64,000 nt of DNA from assembly GCF_963921235.1 (NCBI RefSeq), contig NC_086120.1, positions 8,742,001-8,806,000 on the forward strand, in the 5' to 3' direction. This document shows positions 13,410 through 24,464 of the stretch, piece by piece (the first letter of the stretch is position 1; every line of letters begins with the position of its first letter). The DNA comes from Mobula hypostoma (lineage: Eukaryota). Made by a program: the position numbers and the translations under genes. The notes under the pieces are model-generated. The model was not told where the DNA came from and did no database searches. It saw only the letters and a list, made by a program, of their open reading frames with translations.

Positions 13410-15036
13410 AAGTGGCATGCAGAAGTTTGGGCACCCCTGGTCAAAATTTCTGTTACTGTGAATAGCGAAGCGAGTAAAAGATGAACCGATTTCCAAAAGG
13501 CATAAAGTTAAAGATGACATATTTCTTTAATATTTTTAGCAAGAAAACTTTTTTATTTCCATCTTTTACAGTTCCAAATTAACAAAAAAGGAAAAGGGTC
13601 TGAAGCAAAAGTTTGGGCACCCTGCATGGTCAGTACTTAGTAACACCCCTTCCCACCCCCCCAGCAAGCATCACAGCTTGTAAACGCTTTTTGTAACCAG
13701 CTAAGAGTCTTTCAATTCTTGTTTGGGGATTTTCACCCATTCTTCTGTGCAAAAGGCTTCTAGTTCTGTGAGATTCTTGGGTCATCTTGCATGCACTTAT
13801 CTTTTGAGGTCTATCCACAGATTCTGAATGATGTTTAGGTCGAGGGACTGTGAGGGCCATGGCAAAACCTTCAGCTTGCACCTCTTCAGGTAGTCCATCG
13901 TGGATTTTGACATGAATTTAGGATCATTATCCTGTTGTAGTAGCTATCCTCTTTTCATCTTCAGCTTTTTTACAGATGGTGTGATGTTTGCTTCCAGAAT
14001 TTGCTGGTATTTAATTGAATTCATTCTTCCCTCTACCAGTAAATGTTCCCCGTGCCACTGGCTGCAACACAAGCCCAAAGCATGATCGATCCACCCCAAT
14101 GCTTAACAGTTGGAGAGAGGTTCTTTTCATGATATTTTGCACCTTTTTTCTCCAAACATACCTTTGCTCACTGCGGCCAAAAAGTTCTATTTTAACTTCA
14201 TCAGTCCACGGGACCTGTTTCCAAAATGCATCAGGCTTGTTTAGATGTTCCTTTGAACCTTTTGAAAAGAACTTTTTGGCTGCAATGAGCAAAGGTATGT
14301 TTGGAGAAAAAAGGGTGCAGAATTTCATGAAAAGAAGCCCTCTCCAACTGTTAAGCACGGAGGTGGATCGATCATGCTTTGGGTTTGTGTTGCAGCCAGT
14401 GGCACGGGGAAAATTTACTGGTTGAGGGAAGAATGAATTAAATTAAATACCAGCAAATTCTGGAAGTAAACATCACACCGTCTGTAAAAAAGCAGAAGAT
14501 GAAAAGAGGATGGCTTCTGCAACAGGATAATGATCCCAAACACACCTCAATATTCACAACAGACTACCTCAAGAGGCGCTAGCTGAAGGTTTTGCCATGG
14601 CCCTCACAGTCCCCAGACCTAAACATCATCGAGAATCTGTGGATAGACCTCAAAAGAGCACTGCATGCCAGACAGCCCAAGAATCTCGCAGAACTAGAAG
14701 CCTTTTGCAAGGAAGAATAGGCGAAAATCCCCCAAACAAGTATTGAAAGATGCTTAGCTGGCTACAAAAAGTGTTTTCAAGCTGTGATACTTGCCAAAGG
14801 GGGTGTTACTAAGTACTGCCATGCAGGGTGCCAAACTTTTGCTTCAGGCCCTTTTCCTTCTTTGTTATTTTGAAGCTGTAAAAGATGGAAATAAAGAAGT
14901 TTTCTTGCTTAAAATATTAAAGAAATGTGCCATCTTTAACTTTATGCATTTTGGAAATCAGTTCATCTTTTCCTCTCTTAGCTATTCACAGTAACAGAAA
15001 TTTTGACCGAGGTGTCTAAACTTTTGCATGCCACTG
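13410..15036. mobile_element. Palindromic non-autonomous Tc1/mariner derivative
   Basis: TA-flanked, with ends AGTGGCATGCAGAAGTTTGGG / AAACTTTTGCATGCCACTG. The C-terminal half of a DD34E transposase ([23 protein letters not shown]) is present twice in inverted orientation around a spacer of about 79 bp (14189-14267). Confidence 0.9.
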
Positions 15037-15932
15037 TAAGCATTGCTTTGAGGCTTTACCTGATTCTCCCTGTCACAAACGCAAGGGGTGAGCAACCTTT
15101 CTCCAAGCTCAAGCTTGTGAAAAATAAGCTCAGATCCACAACGGGACAGGACAGGCTGAATCATCTTACTCTGATGTCACTTGAGATTGATCTTGTTTGG
15201 AAACTGGATTTTAGTGATCTGTTCAAGGACTTTACTGTGAAGAAATCCAGAAGGATTGAGCTTTAATTTTGAAAAACAAGCATCTGACTTTGGAAATATT
15301 TAGGCTTGTGTGTCAGTGCTGTTCCTGTTTTTGTGGCAATAGACTAATAGTTGACTGTTTACAAACCTAGTAAGTAATAAGTGGTTTTCACTCTGCAAGC
15401 CACACAGCACAGCAATAGGTTAGTTTGTGCTAGATCTCATTTTTGAAAAAGATTGTTGGAGTATTGTCAAGTTTCCTAGTTTGCCATAGTGCCGTCTCTC
15501 TTGGCCTTTTGGTCTCTCATTTCCATTTTACTTTCTCAGAACACACGGTTGAGAAAAATACTGAGATAAAAATGCTTTGGCATTGTTTGCGAAATAAGGC
15601 CTGTGGTATGTGCAGCAACAGCTAAATAAAGATTTAAGATTGGGTACATCATACTTCATCTCCCTTATAACTTTACTAAGCCAACTAAGCCTAGGTTAAT
15701 TTTTGAGTGCTTTAGATGTTGTCCTTCAAACTAACAATCTGCATTACTTTCTGTCCTCCCTCTTAAGGCCTGTAAGTTTATAGCCTACGTATTGTACTAA
15801 ACCAATATCTTGGTCCACAGCTTTGATATTTAGACCAGTACGAACTTTGATCTTGTTCTTGCCTTTTATCGCTTGGTACAGCAGCATTTTACGGTGCCAG
15901 CAGGGCCCCTGGCCCCACTAAATCCAGCCCTG

Positions 15933-18900
15933 GCTATTGAGGTGAATTTAAATGAGAATTGCTGGAGGGTGGGAACCAAACTGAAGAATGGAGGAAGGAG
16001 GAGATGAGTCACAAACAGAGAAAGCTTGTAGATAGTGTGAGAGGGAGGATAGGCAGGTGATAGAGAAGGGATATGCTCAGACTGATGGTTTGAGATGGGT
16101 CTATTTTAATTCAAGGAGCATCGTGAACAAAGCAGATGAGCTTAGAGTGTGGATACAGAGACTTGGATGACTCAGCGGCAGGAATGGCTACTTGGAGTGC
16201 CAGGCTTTAGGTGTTTTAGAAAGAACAGGGAGGGAGACAAAAGAGGTCGGGCATGTCACCGCTGATCAGAGATAGTGTCATGGCTGCAGAAAAGGAGGAA
16301 GTCATGGAGGGATAGTCTACTGAGTCTCTGTGGGTAGATGTCAGGGACACGAAAGGGTCAATAATTTTACTGGGTGTTTTTTATAGACCACCCAATAGAA
16401 ACAGGGACGTCGAGGAGCAGATAGAGAGACAGCTTCTGGAAAGGAGGAATAATAATAACAGAGCTGTTGTGGTGGGAGATTTTAATTTCCCAAATATCGA
16501 TTGGCATGTTCCTAGAGCAAGGGGTTTAGATGGAGTGGAGTTTGTTAGGTGTGTTCAGGAAGGTTTCCTGACACAATATGTAGATAAGCCTACAAGAGGA
16601 GAGGCTGTACTTGATCTGGTATTGGGAAATGATCCTGGTCAGGTGTTAGGTCTCCCAGTGGGAGAGCATTTTGAAGACAGTGATCACAATTCTATTTCCT
16701 TTACTATAGCATTGGAGAGGGATAGGAACAGACAAGTTAGGAAAGCGTTTAATTGGAGTAAGGGAAAATATGAAGCTATCAGGCAGGAACTTGGAAACAT
16801 AAATTGGGAACAGATGTTCTAAGAAAAATGTAAGGCAGGAATGTGGCAAACGTTCAGGGGATATTTGCGTGGCGTTCTGCATAGGTAGGTTCCAATGAGA
16901 CAGGGAAAGGATGGTAGGGCACAGGAACCATGGTATACAAAGGCTGTTGAAAATCTAGTCAAGAAGAAAAGAAAAGCTTATGAAAGAGTCAAAAAACTAG
17001 GTAATGATAGAAATCTAGAAAATTAAAAGGCAAGCAGGAAGGAGCTTAAGAATGAAATGTGGCGAGCAAGAAGGGCCCATGAGAAAGCCTTAGCAATCAG
17101 GATTAAGGAAAACCCCAAGGCATTTTGCAAGTATCTGAAGAGCAGGAGCATAAGGCGTGAGAGAACAGGACCAATACAGTGTGACAGTGGAAAACAGTGT
17201 ATGGAACCGGAGGAGAGAGTGGAGGTTCTTATTGAATACTTTGCTTCAGCATTCATCATGAAATAGGACATTGCCAATTGTAGGGATGACTTACAGCAGA
17301 CTGAAAAGCTTCAGCATATAGACATTAAGAAAGAGGATCTGCCGGAGCGTTTGGAAAACATCAAGTTTGATAAGTCATCGGGACCGAACAAGATGTACTC
17401 CAGGCTACTGTGGGAGGCGAGGGAGGAGATTGCTGAGCCTCTGGCAAAGATCTTTGCATCATCAGTGGGGATGGGTGAGGTTCCAGAGGATTGGAGGGTT
17501 GCAGATGTTTTCCCTTATCCAAGAAAGTGAGTAGAGATAGCTCAAGAAATTATAGACCAGTGAGTCTTACTTTAGTGGTTGGTAAGTTGATGGAGAAGAA
17601 CCTGAGAGGCAGGATTTATGAACATTTGAAGAGGAAAAATATGATTAGGAATAGTCAGCATGGCTTTGTCAAAGGCAACTTGTGCCTTACGAGCATGATT
17701 GAATTTTTTGAGGATGTGACTAAACACATTGATAAAGGTAGAGCTGCAGGTGTTGTGTATATGGATCTCTGCAAGGCGTTTGATAAGGTACCCCATGCAA
17801 GGCTTATTGAGAAAGGAAGGAGGCATGGGATCCAAGGGGACCTTGCTTTGTGGATCCAGAACTGGTTTGCCCACAGAACACAAAGAGTGGTTATAGACGG
17901 GTCATTTTCTGCATGGAGGTCAGTGACCAGTGGTGTGCCTCAAGGATCTGCTCTTGGACCCCTTCTTTTCGTGATTTTTATAAATGACCTGGATGAGGAA
18001 GTGGAGAGATGGGTTCGTAAATTTGCTGATGACACAAAAGTTTGGGGTGTTGTGGATAGTGTGGAGGGCTGTCAGAGGTTACAGTGGGACATCGATAGGA
18101 TGCAAAACTGGGCTGAGAAGTAGCAGATGGAGTTCTACCCAGGTTAGTGTGAAGTGGGATTTTGGTAGGTCAAAGATGATGGTAGAATATAGAATTAATG
18201 GTAAGACTCTTGGCAATGTGGAGGATCAGAAGGATCTTGGGGTCTGTGTCCATAGGATATTCAAAGCTGCTGCGCAGGTTGACTCTGTGGTTAAGAAGGC
18301 ATATGGTGCATTGGCCTTCTTCAATTGTGGGATTGAGTTCAAGAGCTGGTAGGTAATGTTACAGCTATGTAAGACCCTGGTCACACTCCACTTGGAGTAC
18401 TGTGCTCAGTTCTGTTCGCCTCACTACAGGAAGGATGCGGAAACTGTAGAAAGGGTGCAGAAGAGATTTACTAGGATATTGCCTGGATTGGGGAGCATGC
18501 CTTCTGAGAACAGGTTGAGTGAACTTGGCCTTTTCTCCTTGGAGCGATGGAGAAAGAGAGATGACCTGATAGAGGTGTATAAGAGGATGAGTGGCATTGA
18601 TGGTGTGGATAGTCAGAGGCTTTTTCCCAGGGCTGAAATGGCTAACACAAGAGGGCAGATTTTTAAGGTGCTTGGAAGTAGATACAGAGGGGAAGTCAGG
18701 GGTAATTTTTTTACGCAGAGAGTGGTGAGTGCGTGGAATGGGCTGCTGGCGACAGTGGTGGAGGTAGGTACAATAAGGTCTTTTAAGAGACTCCTGGATA
18801 GGTAACTGGAGCTTAGAAAAATAGAGGGGTATGGGTAACCCGCAATAATTTCTAAGGTGAAGACGTTCGGCACAGCATTGTGGGCCGAAGGGCCTGTATT

Positions 18901-18933
18901 ATACTCCAGGCTTTCTATGTTTCTGTGTTTCTA
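15933..18933 (+). mobile_element. Old CR1 LINE, right part (APE-RT, degenerate)
   Basis: [45 protein letters not shown]; many stops; TTTCTATGTTTC tail. Confidence 0.85.
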
Positions 18934-18934
18934 T

Positions 18935-19900
18935 CTCTCCACTCCTTGCACTTTCATGTCTATCTAAAAGTCTCTCAAATGTGACTATCCTCCACTACGC
19001 CTGGCAGCTTATTCCATTCACCTCATGTGTGGCACCTTGTCAAAGCCCTCTGAAAATCCAAGTAAAAACATACACTGACTCTCCTTTTTTGATCATACCT
19101 GTTACATCCTCAAAGAATTCCTCCAGAGTTTTCCGGCAAGATTTCCTTTTCAGGAAACCACGCTGAATTTCGCCTAGTTTATTATGTGTCTCCAAGTACC
19201 CCAAAACCTCACGCTGAAGAATGGAATCTAACACTTTGCCAGCCACCAAATTCAGACTAACTGGCTTCCAATTTCCTGTCTTTTACATCCTTCTCTTCTT
19301 AAAGAGTGGAGTGACATTTGCAGGTATCACATCCTCCAAAACCATTCCATAATGATTCCTGAAAGATGACTACAAATGTCTCCACAATCTTTAAGCGACC
19401 TCTTTCAGAATCATGGGGTATAGTCCATCTAGTTCAGGTGATTGGTCTATCAGGTCCAAGTAGGTTATCTGAACTATTTCTGCTCAAAGGAGCACTGATG
19501 AGATCACATCTGGCATACTGCAAACATTCTTTGCATTCCTTTTGCCATCTGCAAGCCTACCAATCAGCCATTCTGTATTTTCATCCAAGTCATTTTCTGT
19601 ACATTGTAAACAACAGAGGTGCCAACCCTGATTCCTGTGGAACACGACTGGAAATAGTCCTCCAATCCGGACATTATCCTTCCACTACTATCCTCTGTCT
19701 TCTACAGCCAACCAATTTTAAAGTCATCATGGATCCCAAGCGAATTAATCTACTGCATCAAACTACCCTGAAGGAACTTGAAAAAACCTTCCTAAAATTT
19801 ATGTGAACAACTTCAAAAACCGCATCAATTGTCTTTGTCACCTCCCCAAAGAACTCAATCTATTCTGGAAGGCACAATCTGCCCTCCACAAGGCCCTTCT
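18935..19900 (-). mobile_element. Degenerate CR1 RT fragments
   Basis: Minus ORF GKVLDSILQREVLGYLETHNKLGEIQRGFLKRKSC..LEEFFEDVT. Confidence 0.7.
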
Positions 19901-19989
19901 GACTATTACTAATAAGCCCATGCTTTTCCAAATACAAGTAAGTCCAATGCCTAAGATTCTTCTCCAATAGTTTTGCTTCCTCTCTCCTT

Positions 19990-20390
19990 TCTTCCTTTTT
20001 ATTCATTACTCTGGTGTGTAGATAATCTTGTGAGAGAAGGTGAGGCCTGTATTCACTGGAGTTTTAAAGATTGAGAGGTTAATTGATTGGATCATCAGCT
20101 CCTGAGGGGCCTTGGCAGGGGGCCTATGGACAAGATGTTTCCTCTATAGACGATCTACAATAAAACACGAGTGTTTAAAAATCAGGTTTTGTCCACTAGG
20201 ATAGGTGTGAAGGTAGGTTCATTTCTCTCTCAGAGGGCCATAAACCTTTCAAACTCTTGTTCTCAGGGGCTGTTTACCTGAAACATACAGTAATGGAACA
20301 TAAAGTTTAGAATAAGATCAGTCATAAAGTTATTGAATGGCAGAGCAGGCTTGACTCTACTTCTCCTTAATCATTGATTGAGATACAACA
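19990..20390 (+). mobile_element. Degenerate CR1 3' end
   Basis: GGCCTGTATTCACTGGAGTTT..AGATTGAGAGG and downstream AGTCATAAAGTTATTGAATGGCAGAGCAGGCTTGA resemble the 3' ends of the other CR1 copies. Confidence 0.55.
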
Positions 20391-21419
20391 GCCAACAAGG
20401 TTCATATCATGCTACCTGTTCCAGAATAGATCAATTGATCGTCCCTGGAGAGTTCAGTAACTACAACCAATGTCCCTGCTTGGGATTACAAGTTAAGCCT
20501 CAGCCACTGTCAGTGGCCCTGATTGCTGGCTGTTTGAGGAGGGCAGCACCGGGCCAGATGGGTTCATTGCACATGGCTGCCCACAATCACTGTCCAGATT
20601 CCCATAAGAAGAGTGGTCACTGGGTCAGTGAGACTGATTCTTCTGAACCACTCAGAGAAAGAGGGAAAATCGGAGCACACGAAGAATAAAACTGTGTGGT
20701 TTAACTTTGGGCAGATATGTAAAATGGGGATATTCACTGACTCTTTTCAATGACAATTTCCTTTTCCCAAACGCAAGGGATTCTTTCATTGAACGATGTT
20801 GATCCAAAGTTTCATCAACGTCCAGGAACTACTGTAGAATGAGTGAACGATTTCAGAGCATTGAATCTTGACCAGTTCTGGCCAGTGAACTGCTGAAAAT
20901 TTGTTTGATGTGCAACAAACAAAACTGAGAATGGGATAACTGTATAATGATCCATATTTACCATTGTCATACACAGGATAATTACAATCTTCCTTCATTA
21001 AATCCGTGTTTATTCAAATACACACACAATTCATGAGATTGTCAATTTCAAATCAAGCATATTCCTCACTTTTCTGCTCTTGGCTTGCTAAAATCTAAAG
21101 CAAGACTTAGATGGCTGGTTTGCTCGCCAAGGTAAGCAATTTATTAACTTTACCCATCCATATTTCCACAGATACTTGTGTGAATTGTAATGTGGTCAGT
21201 ACAGATGAGGTAGAGTGGGAGCATTAAGAGTTTGGTGCCAGGATCATGAGATTGAATGTGAATTCTCCACTGGAATGGCCAGTACTGACATCACACCCCT
21301 CATCGCGAACAGTAAAGAAGTTTGGCTGGGTGGGTTTGCTTCCAGGAGCTCTGTCTCCTGAGAAATGCACTGCCACCTTTATGATAGAGAGGTGTACTCA
21401 CACCACGGTATCCCATGAT

Positions 21420-21660
21420 TTATTTATCTATTGAGATACAGCGTGGAGTAGCCCTTCCGGCCCTTTGAGCCAAGTCACACAGCTGCCCAGCAATTTAACA
21501 TTAGTGGACACATGAGACAATATACAATTACCAAATAACTACCAACTGATACATCTTTGGACTATGGGTGGAGGGAGAAGCACCCAGAGGAAACCCAGGC
21601 AGTCACAGGGAGAATGTGCAAACTCCGAGCAGGCAGCATCAGCAACTGAACCCCAGTTGC
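21420..21660 (-). mobile_element. HE1/V-SINE-like element, degenerate
   Basis: ATCTTTGGACTATGGG..AGCACCCAGAGGAAACCCAGGCAGTCACAGGGAGAATGTGCAAACTCC resembles the reverse-strand V-SINE core of sharks and rays (from recall). Confidence 0.55.
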
Positions 21661-21949
21661 CTACACTTCCAGTGCTATCAGATTTTTTATTCAGTGTGCA
21701 GCTGTTCCTTCAACATTATTATGAGTCATGGTTACATGAGTCCTTGATATAATCTCAGACTCGGTTTACACTAAAGATCTGTCCAGACTCAGCCCTGAAT
21801 CTACTCAATGATTCAGCTTCTCTTGTTTTCTGGGTCCATCTTTGCCAGATTTTTAAAAATGTACAGATGTACACAGATCCACAGAACCTGACCAGCTACA
21901 TCCAAAATCACTGTGGGCGGCTACTGAAGAAATTAGAAACCATTGTTCA

Positions 21950-22565
21950 GGTATTTGCTTCATCGTTAGCCATGGAGAAGTGCTAGTAAATAGACTGGAT
22001 GGTAGCAAATGTTGTGCATATATTTAAGAAGAGTGGCAAGGAATAATGGGATCTATACACTAGTAAGTCTTACATCTGGGGCAGGTAAATGACTGGAGAA
22101 GATTCTACTGGATAAGATATCCCTACACCTTGAAATGCAGGGGTTGGTTAGAAGCATCAGCATGGCTTTGTGCATGGGAAATCATGTCTTATGAATTTTA
22201 CTGAGATTTTTTGATGATGCGATAAAGAATGTCAGTGAGGGCAAAGCCATGGTGTCATTTACATGAACTTCAGTAAGTATTTAACATTCCACTTATTAAG
22301 CTGTTTTGGAAGGATATTTCACATGGAATCCAGTAAGAGCTGGCTAACTAGAGACACAATTGGCTTGATGGGAAAAAGGGGAAGTGCAAACAAAGTGGAG
22401 GATAGTGTATCAGTCTGGTTGCCCATGATTAGTGGTGTGACTCGGGTGATGGTGCAGGGCCCATTGTTGTTTATCATCTATGTCAACAATTTGAATAAGT
22501 ACATACAAGACATGACTAATAAGTTTGCAGTTGACAGTAAAATAGGTGGTATAGTAGACAATGAA
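21950..22565 (+). mobile_element. Old degenerate CR1 RT fragment
   Basis: CAGCATGGCTTTGTGCATGGGAAATCATGTC; ORF contains QGPLLFIIYVNNL..KFAVDSKIGG. Confidence 0.65.
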
Positions 22566-24464
22566 GAAACATAGAAACATAGAAACATAGAAAATAGGTG
22601 CAGGAGTAGGCCATTCGGCCCTTTGAGCCTGCACCACCATTTATTATGATCATGGCTGATCATCCAACTCAGAACCCCGCCCCGGCCTTCCCTCCATACC
22701 CCCTGATCCCCGTAGCCACAAGGGCCATATCTAACTCCCTCTTAAATATAGCCAATGAACTGGCCTCAACAGTTTCCTGTGGCAGAGAATTCCACAGATT
22801 CACGACTCTCTGTGTGAAGAAGTTTTTCCTAATCTCGGTCCTAAAAGGCTTCCCCTCTATCCTCAAACTGTGACCCCTCGTTCTGGACTTCCCCAACATC
22901 GGAAACAATCTTCCTGCATCTAGCCTGTCCAATCCCTTTAGGATCTTATACGTTTCAATCAGATCCCCCCTCAATCTTCTAAATTCCAACGAGAACAAGC
23001 CCAATTCATCCAGTCTCTCTTCATATGAAAGTCCCACCATCCCAGGAATCAATCTGGTGAACCTTCTTTGTACTCCCTCTATGGCAAAGATGTCTTTCCT
23101 CAGATTAGGGGACCAAAACAGCACACAATACTCCAGGTGTGGTCTCACCAAGGCCTTGTACAACTGCAGTAGTACGTCCCTGCTCCTGTACTCGAATCCT
23201 CTCGCTATAAATGCCAGCATACCATTCGCCTTTTTTACCGCCTGCTGTACCTGCATGCCCACTTTCAATGACTGGTGTATAATGGCACCCAGGTCTCGTT
23301 GCACCTCCCCTTTTCCTAATCGGCCACCATTCAGATAATAATCTGTTTTCCTATTTTTGCCACCAAAGTGGATAACTTCACATTTATCCACATTAAATTG
23401 CATCTGCCATGAGTTTGCCCACTCACCCAACCTATCCAAGTCACCCTGCATCCTCTTAGCATCCTCCTCACTGCTAACACTGCCACCCAGCTTCGTGTCA
23501 TCTGCAAACTTGGAGATGCTGCATTTAATTCCCTCATCCAAGTCATTAATATATATTGTAAACAACTGGGGTCCCAGCATTGAGCCTTGCGGTACCACAC
23601 TAGTCACCGCCTGCCATTCTGAAAAGGTCCCGTTTATTCCCACTCTTTGCTTCCTGTCTGCTAACCAATTCTCCACCCACACCAATACCTTACCCCCAAT
23701 ACCGTGTGCTTTAAGTTTGCACACTAATCTCCTGTGTGGGACCTTGTCAAAAGCCTTTTGAAAATCCAAATCTACCACACCCACTGGTTCTCCCCTATCC
23801 ACTCTACTAGTTACATCCTCAAAAAATTCTATGAGATTCGTCAGACATGATTTTCCTTTCACAAATCCATGCTGACTTTGTCCGATCATTTCACCGCTTT
23901 CCAAATGTGCTGTTATCACATCCTTGATAACTGACTCCAGCAGTTTCCCCACCACCGATGTTAGGCTAACCGGTCTATAATTCCCCGGTTTCTCTCTCCC
24001 TCCTTTTTTAAAAAGTGGGATTACATTAGCCACCCTCCAATCCTCAGGAACTAGTCCAGAATCTAACGAGTTTTGAAAAATTATCACTGATGCATCCACT
24101 ATTTCTTGGGCTACTTCTTTAAGCACTCTAGGATGCAGACCATCTGGCCCTGGGGATTTATCTGCCTTCAATCCCTTCAATTTACCTAACACTACTTCCC
24201 TACTAACATGTATTTCGCTCAGTTCCTCCATCCCACTGGACCCTCTGTCCCTTACTATTTCTGGAAGATTATTTATGTCCTCCTTAGTGAAGACAGAACC
24301 AAAGTAACTATTCAATTGGTCTGCCATGTCCTTGCTCCCCATAATTAATTCACCTGTTTCTGTCTGCAGGGGACCTACATTTGTCTTTACCAGTCTTTTC
24401 CTTTTTACATATCTATAAAAGCTTTTACAGTCCGTTTTTATGTTCCCTGCCAGTTTTCTCTCAT
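22566..24464 (-). mobile_element. Young 5'-truncated CR1 LINE (subfamily C) with uninterrupted RT frame
   Basis: Minus ORF 22669-24513 (614 aa) with [20 protein letters not shown] and FADDTK and no stops; (AGAAACAT)n tail at 22566-22592. Confidence 0.92.

Larger units (their letters stand above)
5002..15932 (+). mobile_element. hAT transposon (ZMYM1-like/DUF4371-type transposase) with both ends, carrying nested insertions
   Basis: Left end CAAGGCTGTACTTTAG versus right-end reverse complement CAGGGCTGGATTTAG. 8-bp TSD GCTATTGG (4994-5001) / GCTATTGA (15933-15940). Transposase pieces: 5238-5700 (FLFKRGLAVR..DNGNYMG..YFSISIDS), 12206-13409 (DVAHVDQLTF, CYDNAANTSG) and 15037-15266 (LPVTNARGEQPFSKLKLVKNKLRSTTGQDRLN). 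Confidence 0.85.

Noticed and set aside
20640-21010. Unique-looking stretch with short ORFs, including an FLDVDETL motif on the minus strand
   Set aside because: No sustained frame or convincing splice pair, and no family recognised. A translated search would be needed.
22566-22592. Short tandem repeats (AGAAACAT)n here and (GTTTCTAT)n near 53968-54011 as CRISPR-like or satellite arrays
   Set aside because: They are the 3' tails of CR1 LINEs, with no spacers; the context is eukaryotic.
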